Positions 44,894-57,339 of a stretch of DNA of 64,000 nucleotides are shown one piece after another. How positions within the stretch are numbered: position 1 is the first letter of the stretch; every line of letters starts with the position of its first letter. This DNA comes from TPA_inf: Saccharomyces (lineage: Eukaryota), in assembly GCA_000146045.2 (NCBI GenBank), contig BK006941.2:32001-96000 (forward strand), written 5' to 3'. The translations under genes and the position numbers were made by a program. The notes beneath the pieces are model-generated. The model did not search any database. It worked only from the letters and a program-made list of their open reading frames with translations, and was not told where the DNA came from.

Positions 44894-45907
44894 ATGTCTG
44901 AATTGAAAACAGGTCATGCAGGCCATAACCCTTGGGCTTCAGTTGCCAATTCCGGTCCGATCTCTATTTTATCCTACTGTGGTTCCTCTATTTTAATGAC
45001 GGTGACTAACAAGTTCGTCGTCAATTTGAAGGATTTCAACATGAACTTTGTCATGCTTTTCGTGCAATCTTTGGTTTGTACTATAACCTTGATTATCCTA
45101 CGTATACTGGGCTATGCGAAGTTCCGTTCATTAAACAAAACAGACGCCAAGAACTGGTTCCCTATTTCCTTTTTACTGGTCTTGATGATCTACACCTCTT
45201 CGAAGGCTTTACAATACTTGGCTGTTCCAATTTACACCATTTTCAAGAATTTGACTATTATCTTGATTGCTTATGGTGAGGTTCTCTTTTTTGGTGGCTC
45301 TGTCACCTCCATGGAATTGTCATCATTTTTGTTGATGGTCCTTTCTTCTGTCGTTGCAACTTGGGGTGACCAGCAAGCTGTGGCTGCCAAGGCTGCTTCA
45401 TTGGCTGAAGGAGCAGCCGGTGCTGTTGCCTCCTTTAACCCAGGTTATTTCTGGATGTTCACCAACTGTATCACTTCTGCATTATTCGTTCTTATAATGA
45501 GAAAGAGAATTAAGTTAACTAACTTCAAGGATTTCGACACTATGTTTTACAACAATGTTTTGGCTCTACCTATTCTATTGCTGTTTTCTTTCTGTGTGGA
45601 AGATTGGTCTTCAGTTAATTTGACCAATAACTTTTCTAACGATTCGCTAACTGCTATGATCATCAGTGGTGTTGCATCCGTCGGTATTTCTTACTGTTCC
45701 GGTTGGTGTGTTCGTGTTACTTCGTCTACTACATATTCGATGGTAGGGGCTTTGAACAAGCTGCCAATTGCCTTGTCTGGTTTGATTTTCTTTGATGCTC
45801 CAAGAAACTTCTTATCTATTCTCTCCATTTTTATTGGTTTCCTATCAGGTATTATTTATGCTGTTGCCAAACAAAAGAAGCAACAAGCCCAACCTTTACG
45901 TAAATGA
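44894..45907 (+). CDS. VRG4: Golgi GDP-mannose transporter VRG4 (nucleotide-sugar transporter family), 337 aa
   Basis: ATG at 44894. Multi-pass TM protein, 337 aa, beginning '[29 protein letters not shown]…'. Confidence 0.88.
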
Positions 45908-46014
45908 GAACTTACGGGGGGTGCAATTTATTTTTTTTTTTTGGTTTATTTTATTTTATAGAGGCATCTAATGCAAGTAGATTTATATACAATTATACTT
46001 AAAATTGATATACC

Positions 46015-46890
<876 letters not shown>

Positions 46891-46988
46891 TCATGTATTC
46901 CGAAATTAATTCAGGTGAAATGGGGGAGTAATATGATATCAAGAAGGCGATCACTTATTGAAGTCCACATAGATACACACAGATAAAC

Positions 46989-46998
46989 ATATATATAT

Positions 46999-47045
<47 letters not shown>

Positions 47046-47046
47046 C
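46989..47046. repeat. (TA)n microsatellite, about 25 or more units with two interruptions, in the SDT1 promoter / COG1 3' region
   Basis: Direct reading: 'atatatatattatgtatatatatatatatatatatatatatatatatatatatatgtatatat'. Confidence 0.95.
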
Positions 47047-47111
47047 AACGCCCATACCATTATCATTATCAATAAGTTTGCGAGGCGGGTACCCTCCCTC
47101 GTGCTATTATA

Positions 47112-48365
47112 TTACTGTTGCCTTAATTGAGTAATTTGATCGATGACTAATTGCAAGAGATTGTGATTGTTGTACGAAGTTATAAAATCATCCACAACAC
47201 TCGTTGAGTTTTCCAGTGGTGAAGGTAAGCGGGATGAGATCTGAGTCTTAAACTCTTGCAATTGAGTAATCAATTTATTTCTCAAATCTGTCAGTGTCTC
47301 TTGAGGGCATTTATACAATTCTAAGTTTTGTAGGATTTCAATCGTAGGCTGCACCGTTTGATAAATTTGCAACGTGGTATCATTGGTTAAACCTTTTGAA
47401 TAGAATACCGCTGTATCAATATATTGTTTCAATGCATCATCATCAAGTGGAGATACAGTGCCATCATTGAGGTTCGTATCATTATCATGGAAGATATCTA
47501 ATTTATGAAGAGTTTCAGGCTCCTTAAGCTTGGCTCTCAAAGTAGAGAGTGTATCCAAATGTGTGTTTATTTCTTTCACGGTTCTCCGAATGAGATGGTC
47601 TCTAAAGGTGGACGAATTCACAAAATCGACAACAATCGCGTCCTTATATTGCTGATTGGAGTGATATTGATGATCTTTGCTGTTGGCACTTGATATCAGT
47701 AACGCTTGAACGTTATCGTTAAATAGTGTCTCGAATAGGGATTCATTGAATATAGAAAGTAAATCATCGTCCCACTTCGAGGAAAACTCCGTGTTTAGTA
47801 AATTGTATAGTTTTACCCACTGTAGTAAAGTTAAGTTTAATGTCTTCATAGAGTCCACCAAGAACTTCTGTAGTCGACAACATTTGTCCTTGACAAGCGC
47901 TTCAAATTTGGAAGGAACTGGTATCAAAGATAATTCGTGGAAATTCAACAGTAGCTCGTCGAATATCCGCGACGGAGTAGTGGAAGTAACTATACGATTA
48001 CAGAAGTTGTTGATGGAGATGGTCCAATTTGAAATTACTAAAATGTTTTGCGATGGTATGCTGACTTTTTCTTCGTCACGAGGTGGTGATATATGGGTAG
48101 TGGTTTGGTATGGTAGTGGAGTTAACTTATTCAACTGAAATTTTTCATCATTGAAACACAGGGATTTAAAATCTTGATCAACATTTTTCAAATTGAGCGA
48201 CAAGTCATTAACAGAATCGGTCAAGCTTAAGATCTTGTTATAGTTCTTTAGCAAATTCTTTTGGAAGGCCTCATTGGTTTTAGTCAAATCGTTCTGTAAC
48301 TCCAATTGATAATCTTTAATCTGTGGAATATGAGAATCGCGAAACAATGGTAAGACTTCATCCAT
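47112..48365 (-). CDS. COG1: Conserved oligomeric Golgi complex subunit COG1, 417 aa
   Basis: 417 aa. Synteny supports it (YGL223C). Confidence 0.78.
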   Translation of the reverse strand: MDEVLPLFRDSHIPQIKDYQLELQNDLTKTNEAFQKNLLKNYNKILSLTDSVNDLSLNLKNVDQDFKSLCFNDEKFQLNKLTPLPYQTTTHISPPRDEEKVSIPSQNILVISNWTISINNFCNRIVTSTTPSRIFDELLLNFHELSLIPVPSKFEALVKDKCCRLQKFLVDSMKTLNLTLLQWVKLYNLLNTEFSSKWDDDLLSIFNESLFETLFNDNVQALLISSANSKDHQYHSNQQYKDAIVVDFVNSSTFRDHLIRRTVKEINTHLDTLSTLRAKLKEPETLHKLDIFHDNDTNLNDGTVSPLDDDALKQYIDTAVFYSKGLTNDTTLQIYQTVQPTIEILQNLELYKCPQETLTDLRNKLITQLQEFKTQISSRLPSPLENSTSVVDDFITSYNNHNLLQLVIDQITQLRQQ

Positions 48366-48597
48366 TTTCTATCGTATTGGTTTTTTTTAGGTTTTCTACC
48401 ACAAGATTTGTTGTACGAATGTGTTATTTATTATTCACCGCCATGTTTCATTTTTCTTCAGCATAATGATGAACTGTAACAGAAAATAGGAAAAAAAAAT
48501 TGTCATCTGAGAAATTGCTTTGGATGACCAGATCCAAAACAGACATAAGCATTCGTATAATTGGTACATAGGTATATATCAAATAAAAATATGCATT

Positions 48598-48602
<5 letters not shown>

Positions 48603-48633
<31 letters not shown>
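48603..48633. repeat. Uninterrupted A31 (T31 on the minus strand) homopolymer between EDC1 and COG1
   Basis: Direct reading. 31 consecutive A, then 'tcaaaaa'. Confidence 0.95.
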
Positions 48634-48636
<3 letters not shown>

Positions 48637-48658
48637 AAAATGTCTCTCTAAAGGGTGA

Positions 48659-49186
48659 TTATAAAAAACTTGGTTTGGGCAAGTTTTTAGCCTCCCTTGG
48701 ACCATTAGTGGCGAAAGTGGAGCCTGCATAAGAGTGACTGAGTTTTTTGGCACTGCCATTACAACCCATTGGTATTATCCCTTGAGAGCCATGCGGGGAT
48801 TGTTTCTGGTTCAGAAGCAGATTCTTTAGGTTCTGACTCAGTAAACGAGTATCATCTTTGTTGTTCTGTCGTGGCGTTTCTTTATTATTCTGTCTGTTTT
48901 TTTTACCTAAAGTAGTTGTAGAGGAAGGGGAAGAAGGTGGAGAGTGCTTCTTTTGATTAAATGATGGTTTCTTGTTGGAAGAATGGCCGAAGTTAGGTTT
49001 CTGACCGTTAGGAAGAGTTTGAGGAGGTGGTATATCTGTGATATAGTTGTTATTATTGGCGTTCTTAGCAGCATTTCCCCTCGCACGATTATTTCTAGTT
49101 TTTTGTTTGATTAGATTATTTGTCTTGTTCCTGCCAGCCGATGGCAACAGCCTGGAGCTGTTGAAATACATGGTATCCGTCGACAT
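48659..49186 (-). CDS. EDC1: mRNA decapping enhancer EDC1, 175 aa
   Basis: 175-aa basic, Asn/Lys/Pro-rich protein beginning 'MSTDTMYFNSSRLLPS'. Synteny supports it. Confidence 0.78.
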   Translation of the reverse strand: MSTDTMYFNSSRLLPSAGRNKTNNLIKQKTRNNRARGNAAKNANNNNYITDIPPPQTLPNGQKPNFGHSSNKKPSFNQKKHSPPSSPSSTTTLGKKNRQNNKETPRQNNKDDTRLLSQNLKNLLLNQKQSPHGSQGIIPMGCNGSAKKLSHSYAGSTFATNGPREAKNLPKPSFL

Positions 49187-49425
49187 GCCTTGTAATATTT
49201 GTGTGAGTATATTTGTGTGCTAAGTGTAATTACGTTACGCTTTGCTGAGTACTTCGTCTTCAATACAGAGTATGTTATTGTCCTTGTTATTTGAAGACTT
49301 TTACCTTTTCTATCCGTATTTCTCTATCCGATACAACAACATCATTTTACACGAACAGCCGGATGATAAAACTGTAGTACGTATGGTATTTGTGATATCC
49401 TATATAGCCATATAATTACTAGCAG

Positions 49426-50292
49426 CTATGCAACAGTCAAAGGATCGCAATCCATTTTGCTTACGACTACTTCGTGGCCCTCATCTTGCAACAAGCCCTT
49501 CATAACGTCTTGAAGGAATCCACGCTCAGTATTTGAGTGGTTGCAAACAATAACGGTCTTGCCCATTTCTTTCCACTTCAGTACTTCATGATGTGACATT
49601 TCTCCCGTATAGTAAAGGTCTACGTCCTCTTTTAGTTGCTTAAACACGCCAGAACCGCTCCCGGCACAGACAGCGACTTTTTTGATTTTGAGTTGATTCC
49701 ATGCGGATGGAGCAGCAAGAGATGCTACTTGTACATAGGGAACCCGTAAAACACGCTTGACATTTTTGACAATTTGCTCCAAAGAGATGTCTTTATTGAA
49801 TTCTACGAATCTACCGTAGCCAATCAAGTCGTCAGTTTCGCCACTTACAGTTTCCAAGGCATAAGACTTTGCGACGTTCTCTCCGTTGTTCAAACCCCTA
49901 ACCAACCAGTCATTTACACCGCCACGAGCGGCATCTACGGCAGTGTGAGGGCAGTATACGGATATTCCGTACTGGATTAGCTTTATAGCTGTCTCGTGTT
50001 GTGGGTTTGTATGTGGGCTTAATCTGTTCCAGCTTGGGAAAATAAAAGGATGGTAAGCAACAATTACGTTGCAGTTAGCATCCACAGCTTCTTGAGCAAC
50101 TGACTTCGTGAGGTCTACAGTCAAAAGGACCTTTGTTTTAGCGTTTGCATCGGCAGTGGTGACTTGTGCAGTGGAACAATCGATGAGAAGACCCGTATTG
50201 TCCCAGCTCTTGTCTGCGTACTTTTGAGGGTAGAACTTGGTAATGCTACGCACAAGTTTGTCCAATTGTGCTCTAGTAATAGCTCTGCTCAT
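49426..50292 (-). CDS. NIF3: NIF3 / YqfO-family dinuclear-metal-centre protein, 288 aa
   Basis: NIF3-family conservation (…LTVDLT…, …YHPFIF…, …ICNHSNTERG…). 288 aa. Confidence 0.82.
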   Translation of the reverse strand: MSRAITRAQLDKLVRSITKFYPQKYADKSWDNTGLLIDCSTAQVTTADANAKTKVLLTVDLTKSVAQEAVDANCNVIVAYHPFIFPSWNRLSPHTNPQHETAIKLIQYGISVYCPHTAVDAARGGVNDWLVRGLNNGENVAKSYALETVSGETDDLIGYGRFVEFNKDISLEQIVKNVKRVLRVPYVQVASLAAPSAWNQLKIKKVAVCAGSGSGVFKQLKEDVDLYYTGEMSHHEVLKWKEMGKTVIVCNHSNTERGFLQDVMKGLLQDEGHEVVVSKMDCDPLTVA

Positions 50293-50373
50293 TGCGTTTC
50301 GGTGGACTCTTGTTCTGTTTCCTTCCGACTGTGTATTGGAATAAGTTTTTCGGTGTTATATATATACATATAT

Positions 50374-50736
50374 ATGACAGGTGAAAGAATTGAAAAGGTG
50401 AAAATAAATGACGAATTTGCAAAATCACATTTCCTAACAACTCAGTGGAGAGAAACAAAGCGCCAACGACACTATAAGATGCCCGTTACTGAACAGGGAC
50501 TCCGCGAGAGGATAGAATCAGCCATACCGCAAGTTTACCATATCATTGTGACGGATCTTTCGTACGGTTGTGGTCAGTCGTTTGATATTGTGGTGGTCAG
50601 CGACTTCTTTCAAGGTAAAAGCAAACTAATGAGGAGTCGTGCAGTGAACAAGGCTGTGAAAGAAGAGCTGCAGGAGATTCATGCCTTTAGCTGCAAGTGC
50701 TACACTGAGGAGGAATGGTCTAAGATTGTGGTATGA
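50374..50736 (+). CDS. BOL2: BolA-like protein BOL2/FRA2 (iron regulon signalling), 120 aa
   Basis: The first ATG is at 50374 ('MTGERIEK…'). The track's longer ORF starts at a TTG inside NIF3 on the opposite strand. BolA-fold composition. Confidence 0.78.
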   Translation: MTGERIEKVKINDEFAKSHFLTTQWRETKRQRHYKMPVTEQGLRERIESAIPQVYHIIVTDLSYGCGQSFDIVVVSDFFQGKSKLMRSRAVNKAVKEELQEIHAFSCKCYTEEEWSKIVV

Positions 50737-50877
50737 AAAGGATGATATTGTTCTATTATTAAGTTTCGAAAGGAGACGGCATTGAATCTTTTTGGCATAG
50801 ACGATTTTGCTTTCTTACGTTATTTACATCGGAGAGTATGTATTTGTGTAGTTATGTACTTAGATATGTAACTTAAT

Positions 50878-52257
50878 TTAATGATATGGTGGGGGGCTAT
50901 CCTCCATGCCCCATTTCCAGTTATTTGAAGGTTCTTGCGAGTTCAAACCTATGAAGTAAAACGGTTTCTTTTTAGATGTATCTTTCTTGGAGTCCAAATT
51001 TAGCGATATTTTTTCTGGTATAACGTATTTATCCCTTATCGATACTGTTGTTTTCAAATATGGGGGAGATTGTTCTTCAAGCTCGGGTATCGGTGTTTGG
51101 ACCGGTGTGGACGTAACTGTTTCAATAGCAGTACTATCATCAACAGCCTGTTCTCCTTGTGATTGTAGGTTCGATGGTGTGCGGGTCTTTTTGCATTTGA
51201 TCTTTCTTCTCCTTGGTTTGGCATTGTCGTCGTTGCTGTTACTCCTATCGAAAAGTCGAGACTGAATCTTGGTTATCGTAGCCAAATCGTACTGGCTGGA
51301 ATCTAACACTGTTTTAGGTAATAGATTGTGGGAACAGTAGAATGGCTTTACCAATTGTTTTGATGATACGGTTGATGACTTTGGTTGTGGAAATGATTGC
51401 GAAGAGTAGTAATTGTTTAAAGAGGGCATCCTTGATATAAATCTGTACAAGTTTTGTCTTTCCAAGCAACCAGGTATAGCGGAAAGAGAATTCATCACAG
51501 TGGAATGTAGTGACAGTGTTGACCTCGACGACACAATGCTTGAAAGACGTAGCATGTTTATTGGAGAAAGCTCTTGAAAATCTGATCCGTCCAAGATTAC
51601 ATTCCTAGACATTGTAGTTTGTTGATGATGATGCTCTCTTTTACCAGGGATGGTACTGGTGCTCTCGCCGCGATTGGTGAACCAGTTCTGTGACGTGTTG
51701 AAGATCAAAGAAGGAAGAACATCCTTGAACACTACATGCATGGACTCTTTTAGCCTTCTCTCAATGGTGCTTTGGAGAATTTTTACAGAACAATCAAACT
51801 TAAAATCCAAATCAACGTCATTAAAGGATATCCCAATTCCAGGGTTCTTTACAAAAATATTCGTGATGGCTTCTAGCTCGATGGAACTGAACGTCATAGT
51901 TATAGGAATTGTGAACGATCCATTATTGATGAGCTGGGGCATGGTAAAGCTGGGTGTATCCTGTTCGTTAATCAATAAAAGATTCGACTCTATGACTGTC
52001 TGTATCCGCAACATAGCATCCTTACATGAAATCTTGCAAATCCCCTTGGCCAGAGACTTGGGCTGCGTGATAATGTCTAGGTCCAGAATTTCTAGCTGTG
52101 GTATTGTAGGAAAATCCACCTTCTGTACCTTAATTCCGCTTTTCAAGATATCTAATTTCTTTTTAGACGGTGAGTTCAAAGCCGTAGATAACTTTTCCCG
52201 TATTCGTTCATTGAAAGAGTTATCACCAAACACAGCTTCGTTGAATCTAAATGACAT
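50878..52257 (-). CDS. MDM34: ERMES complex subunit MDM34 (SMP domain), 459 aa
   Basis: Begins '[61 protein letters not shown]' (SMP). 459 aa. C-terminal PPPY. Confidence 0.85.
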   Translation of the reverse strand: MSFRFNEAVFGDNSFNERIREKLSTALNSPSKKKLDILKSGIKVQKVDFPTIPQLEILDLDIITQPKSLAKGICKISCKDAMLRIQTVIESNLLLINEQDTPSFTMPQLINNGSFTIPITMTFSSIELEAITNIFVKNPGIGISFNDVDLDFKFDCSVKILQSTIERRLKESMHVVFKDVLPSLIFNTSQNWFTNRGESTSTIPGKREHHHQQTTMSRNVILDGSDFQELSPINMLRLSSIVSSRSTLSLHSTVMNSLSAIPGCLERQNLYRFISRMPSLNNYYSSQSFPQPKSSTVSSKQLVKPFYCSHNLLPKTVLDSSQYDLATITKIQSRLFDRSNSNDDNAKPRRRKIKCKKTRTPSNLQSQGEQAVDDSTAIETVTSTPVQTPIPELEEQSPPYLKTTVSIRDKYVIPEKISLNLDSKKDTSKKKPFYFIGLNSQEPSNNWKWGMEDSPPPYH

Positions 52258-52884
52258 GACGATGCTGAAGTTTCTTGCAGTTGTGTTTTTTTTGTTATAA
52301 TTGTTACTGTTTCTATGTTTTACGAATCTTCCATGACTCTTCTAATTGGTCTCTTTTTACTACAAGGCTTCATGGCCCTTTTTCAAACCTAATTTATAAG
52401 TTCTTTGCCCTATGCTTAAAACAGTTTAGCCCTATTTAATATAGTACAAAAAAGGAAAAACCTAATTGAAAAAAGCTATTCACCCTAGGTCATTACTACT
52501 TTTTCCCTTAGCTAGCCGTGTTTTTAGTTTTTGTTTTGTTTATTTTACCTGTATTATGCCTTGTTTGATGACTTTAGTATGGGTTTGGTTTGTCTTATCC
52601 TTGGATACAAAAGGACCAGATACATTCACGTCTGGTCGGTAGAACATCGGTATCCAGTATAGTGTTCAGCTGTTCCTATAGAGACAAAATTTATAATCTG
52701 CGTGTAACAAATATCTGCAGGTTAAAAAAGTCCAGATCAGTGTTTCGAAGCTGTTGATTTTTCTTTTTTTTTTTTTATATTAAAATTTTCATATTCCCTG
52801 ATTGCATCGTTTATCTGATTATCATTTCATTGCATTCTTTAACTACTTGAGTTTTCTTTCCAGCTGTATACTATTGACACTAAC

Positions 52885-55302
52885 ATGAACGTGCCTGAAA
52901 CAAGACAATCCTCCATAGTCGTAGCTATAAGAGTAAGGCCCTTTACGTCAATGGAAAAAACAAGATTGGTCAATGAAGCTAGTGGTGCAGAAGCTAACTT
53001 TCCCGGTTTGGGGGATTCGTCGTTAATATTACCCATGAGTAATAACTCCGACTCCGATATAGACATAGACGCTGAAGAAGGTTCTACGCGGAGCAAAAGA
53101 AATAGCTTGCTGAGGAGAAAAGTAATTAGACCGGAGGGTATACGTAAAATTGTGGATTGTGTGGATGATAGAATGCTCATATTCGACCCAGCTGATAGAA
53201 ACCCATTGAACAAAGTGAGTGATCAGGTCCTGAACTCGATGCGTGCAAGGGCCACTAAGGCCACTGCGTCCTCTATCAATAACAGCAATGCTACGAACAA
53301 ATTTTCTTCGCAACGTCGAAGGCACGGTGGCGAAATCAAGTTTGTATTTGATAAATTGTTTGATGAAACCTCTTCCCAAGCCCGTGTATACAAAGAGACC
53401 ACCAGCCCGCTCCTAGATTCTGTTTTAGATGGATTCAACAGTACCGTATTTGCTTACGGTGCTACTGGTTGTGGCAAGACATATACTGTGAGTGGCACAC
53501 CTTCACAGCCGGGGATCATATTTCTAGCCATGGAGGAACTATTCAATAAAATTACAGACCTGAAGGACGAAAAAGACTTCGAGATTTCACTGTCTTACTT
53601 GGAAATATACAATGAAAGAATCAGAGACCTTTTGAAACCAGAGACACCATCTAAAAGATTGGTCATTAGAGAAGATACGCAGAACCACATCAAAGTGGCG
53701 AATTTGTCGTATCACCACCCAAATACGGTAGAAGATGTGATGGACTTAGTTGTCCAGGGAAACATAAACAGGACTACGTCACCGACGGAAGCAAACGAAG
53801 TATCTTCACGATCTCATGCAGTGCTGCAAATACACATCATGCAGACAAATAAGCTTGTAGACTTGACCTCGCAACATACATTTGCTACACTTTCAATAAT
53901 CGATCTAGCTGGGAGCGAAAGAGCCGCCGCAACAAGAAACCGTGGTATAAGATTACACGAAGGTGCGAATATAAATAGATCCCTACTAGCACTGGGCAAT
54001 TGCATTAACGCGTTGTGCTTGAATGATGGCAGCAGAAGCTGTCATATTCCATACAGGGATTCCAAGTTAACTAGGCTGTTGAAATTTTCACTGGGTGGCA
54101 ATTGCAAAACAGTCATGATTGTTTGCATATCGCCCAGCAGTTCACATTATGATGAGACATTGAATACTTTGAAATATGCAAATCGTGCTAAAGAAATAAA
54201 GACCAAAATAATCAGAAATCAGCAGTCTTTGAGTAGACACGTTGGATCTTATTTGAAAATGATTACGGAACAAAAGCGACAAATCGAAGAGTTACGCGAA
54301 CGTGAAGAGAAGATGATTTCTTTGAAGCTAACGAAATACAAACTAAACAAAGAAAAGATCCAGTTAGCCATTAACGAGTGCGTCAATCGTGTTCAGCAAA
54401 CGTATGCAGGAGTGGAAACGTATCAAGTAGCCAAGACCTTGAAATCATTAATACTTTGTAAAAGGCGGTTTTTGCAAATGGTCAAGCTAGAAGTGGATAA
54501 TTTGATACTATTATTTGAACGGGAGGAAAGTACAGCCGCCGAGATGCAGCCGGTGATTAGTAATTGCCGAATGATCAGTGGTCAGCTTTATAACAAAATA
54601 CACGAGTTAGAAATGAAATTTGATGAAACCGACACTCTGAGTTCCGTCATTCATCAGGTACATTCCATTGACTTGAACAAGTTAAGAGAGATGGAGGACT
54701 GGGATGAAACTTACGACCTGGTGTACTTGGAGTCGTGTTTAAATCAAATATCAGAATTACAAAGAAACGAAATCTTGGTTAATTCCTCCATAATGACAGA
54801 AAAATTAATGTCAGATCCGGGTTTGAACTCCCGATTTAAATTTCTATCAAAGTGGCTGATGAATAGGACACCTAACATTGAATCCATAATTCAAGACCTG
54901 GTTCATATCGACGAGGAGTTTGAATCTTTTGCCAGAACTTTTATCGCCAATCCCGATAGCAATTTTACAAACACAAATATAAATATAATAAACACGACGG
55001 CAGCTGACTTGGCTGTTCCCGCTGAGACCCTACAACGGCAAAATTTTTCCCAAAAAAAAGTAAAGTGGACGAGTCCCGACCTTAGTCCCAGCCCTATGAT
55101 TGAACCACAACCGGAGCTAGAACCAGAACTACACCAAGATCAAGACGCCATTGCAAGTGAAGTGGACGTAAGTATGCAAGATACCACATTCAATGAGCAG
55201 GGGCCCTCGACCCCCTCCGCTCCGACTACAGCGGTTCCAAGAAGGAAGATGCGCTCCTCCCTTCTTACTCATCAAAGTCTACTGGCCACTGCCAGGAAAT
55301 AA
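52885..55302 (+). CDS. KIP3: Kinesin-8 motor KIP3, 805 aa
   Basis: Kinesin motor motifs: P-loop 'GATGCGKTYT', switch I 'SSRSHAV', switch II 'DLAGSE'. 805 aa. Confidence 0.9.
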   Translation: MNVPETRQSSIVVAIRVRPFTSMEKTRLVNEASGAEANFPGLGDSSLILPMSNNSDSDIDIDAEEGSTRSKRNSLLRRKVIRPEGIRKIVDCVDDRMLIFDPADRNPLNKVSDQVLNSMRARATKATASSINNSNATNKFSSQRRRHGGEIKFVFDKLFDETSSQARVYKETTSPLLDSVLDGFNSTVFAYGATGCGKTYTVSGTPSQPGIIFLAMEELFNKITDLKDEKDFEISLSYLEIYNERIRDLLKPETPSKRLVIREDTQNHIKVANLSYHHPNTVEDVMDLVVQGNINRTTSPTEANEVSSRSHAVLQIHIMQTNKLVDLTSQHTFATLSIIDLAGSERAAATRNRGIRLHEGANINRSLLALGNCINALCLNDGSRSCHIPYRDSKLTRLLKFSLGGNCKTVMIVCISPSSSHYDETLNTLKYANRAKEIKTKIIRNQQSLSRHVGSYLKMITEQKRQIEELREREEKMISLKLTKYKLNKEKIQLAINECVNRVQQTYAGVETYQVAKTLKSLILCKRRFLQMVKLEVDNLILLFEREESTAAEMQPVISNCRMISGQLYNKIHELEMKFDETDTLSSVIHQVHSIDLNKLREMEDWDETYDLVYLESCLNQISELQRNEILVNSSIMTEKLMSDPGLNSRFKFLSKWLMNRTPNIESIIQDLVHIDEEFESFARTFIANPDSNFTNTNINIINTTAADLAVPAETLQRQNFSQKKVKWTSPDLSPSPMIEPQPELEPELHQDQDAIASEVDVSMQDTTFNEQGPSTPSAPTTAVPRRKMRSSLLTHQSLLATARK

Positions 55303-55980
55303 CATACATATCCTACGTAAACTATCGAATATAACTTCTTTCCGCCAGCATTAAACGCATTTATGTTGATTAATTCCGGGTTACGGGAAAAATTTTTCTT
55401 TAATTTCTTTTTTTTGAATTTATTTGGCACGAGAAAAGGTTCAAAGTGAATAATTGCTTTTAGTCATTAGACACATTACCTACTTTCTAAGAGATTCTAA
55501 AAGAAACTAAGCACCACAAATCATTGATCTTTTAAGAAAAACGCACAAGGATCATATACTAGATTCTCGTTCTCGTTTTTTCTTCCTTTTTTTTTTCTCT
55601 AAAGCCTTTTACTGGGTTAATTTCCTTTATTGACCCAAATTAAAAGAAAACGTTTCTCAGGAGACTCTTTTAAGCAAAATTTAGCAAATTTGTGTTTGCT
55701 GTTGTTTTTACAGAGACTGCATTACTTGAAGGTTTGCCTTTAAGTCTTCGAGTCGTTTTTTTTTATTAACTTTAATCCTTTTTCTGTGTGTTTGTGTATA
55801 TTCAGTGGGGTTATTTTACAGTATTCGAAGAGACTTCGTTTCACACATTTAAACCAGCTTTATTAGCGTTTAGCTTATACACTACAAGGAATTTTTTTTT
55901 TCTTTAACATTATTAAGACAGTTATTGAGTTAATTCGTCTTCAGCCCCCCTCCCCCCAACAAACCCCCCTTCATATAGAA

Positions 55981-57339
55981 ATGGCTAATACTTTCAAGTA
56001 TTATCCTGAAACGATGGGTAATTCTAGTGGTTATCCAATTAGTTTGCCTTTTCCGAAAGGTTCGGCTACTTCTGCTGTTAATGTTGCTAGGCAACTGCCT
56101 AAATATTTAGGTCATGTTCCCTCGCAATCAGTTCATACTCAGTTGCCATCCATGGCTTCTTTAGGTTACTTCAATCAGCCAAGTTCTACTTACTATGCTC
56201 CTCCTGCACCACTTCAACAGCACCAGCAACCACCTATCCTTCCCCCTCCGGGCCTAATGTACACTAGTAACAATAACAGCAACGTTATTCCTCCTCCTGT
56301 TCAAATGATTCGGGATGGACAACAACAACCACAACAATCTAACCAAGTAAATGGGGGCGTCAGTGAGAACTTGGACTACGATATTTCTATAATGTCAAAA
56401 TTTATCATGGAAAATGCCTTTGTTGCCTTCAACGCGAACTATAGTACTGATGACCAGACCACTGATCTTTTTTTCAAGGGCATATCTTCTGTGTTGAATG
56501 CCACGAGATTGCCTTCAGCTACTATTTTTTTGGCTATAGATTATCTTTTCAAGTATATCAATAAATTATCTAATGGGATACATTCAATTGGTGGCAATTC
56601 GATCAATATCATTTATCAAAATACTATGATTGCGTTCATATTAGCAAACAAGTTCAACGATGACAAAACTTTCACCAATAACTCATGGTCACAGGCAACA
56701 GGAATACTGATAAATGTTATCAATGATTTCGAGAGACAATGGTTGAGAATATTTAACTGGGAATTGTATGATAGTGCTTTTCTTTATTTTGAGTTCGTCA
56801 AGAATTTTGAGATTTTCAAGCAAAATCAACTCAAACCTGCTGTAGCGGTTCCTACGTTATTATCTCCAATTGTCAACGTTGGTGATACGAGAAACGTAAA
56901 TTTCAACTTGAAGCCTACTTCCACAAACAACCTATTATCTCCAGTTTCCAATTATGAAACCCCCATGCTGATGCCGCATAACATGTTTTCATCACCATCT
57001 TATCAGAGTAACTCAAGGTCTGAATTTTCTAGTATGAATGGTTATTATAACTATTACAACTATAATCAGCCAAGATTGAATTACTATCAACAATTCCCCA
57101 ATATATATTCTTCACCAATTTCGGAAACTCAGTTTGATTACGACTTCTACAATTTCAGTAGTCAACAACAACAGCAACAACAAAAACAACACTCACTTTT
57201 ACCTGCCGCTCCACAATTACCTCCCCCTCACGTCCATAATCAGTCTTACGGTCATCATCTTGGCTGGAAGTCAATGGATGACACAATAAATCATTCAAGA
57301 TTTGAGCGAAACTACTTTCCGTATTCGGCAGTGTATTAG
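55981..57339 (+). CDS. CLG1: Pho85-family cyclin-like protein CLG1, 452 aa
   Basis: Cyclin-box-like central region with Gln/Asn/Tyr-rich low-complexity flanks. 452 aa. Synteny supports it. Confidence 0.75.
   Translation: MANTFKYYPETMGNSSGYPISLPFPKGSATSAVNVARQLPKYLGHVPSQSVHTQLPSMASLGYFNQPSSTYYAPPAPLQQHQQPPILPPPGLMYTSNNNSNVIPPPVQMIRDGQQQPQQSNQVNGGVSENLDYDISIMSKFIMENAFVAFNANYSTDDQTTDLFFKGISSVLNATRLPSATIFLAIDYLFKYINKLSNGIHSIGGNSINIIYQNTMIAFILANKFNDDKTFTNNSWSQATGILINVINDFERQWLRIFNWELYDSAFLYFEFVKNFEIFKQNQLKPAVAVPTLLSPIVNVGDTRNVNFNLKPTSTNNLLSPVSNYETPMLMPHNMFSSPSYQSNSRSEFSSMNGYYNYYNYNQPRLNYYQQFPNIYSSPISETQFDYDFYNFSSQQQQQQQKQHSLLPAAPQLPPPHVHNQSYGHHLGWKSMDDTINHSRFERNYFPYSAVY

Noticed and set aside
51650-52300. 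216-aa plus-strand ORF antisense to MDM34 and 124-aa minus-strand ORF (52839-53213) antisense to the KIP3 5' end
   Set aside because: Both overlap well-supported genes on the opposite strand and have unremarkable composition. They are classic 'dubious' overlapping ORFs.
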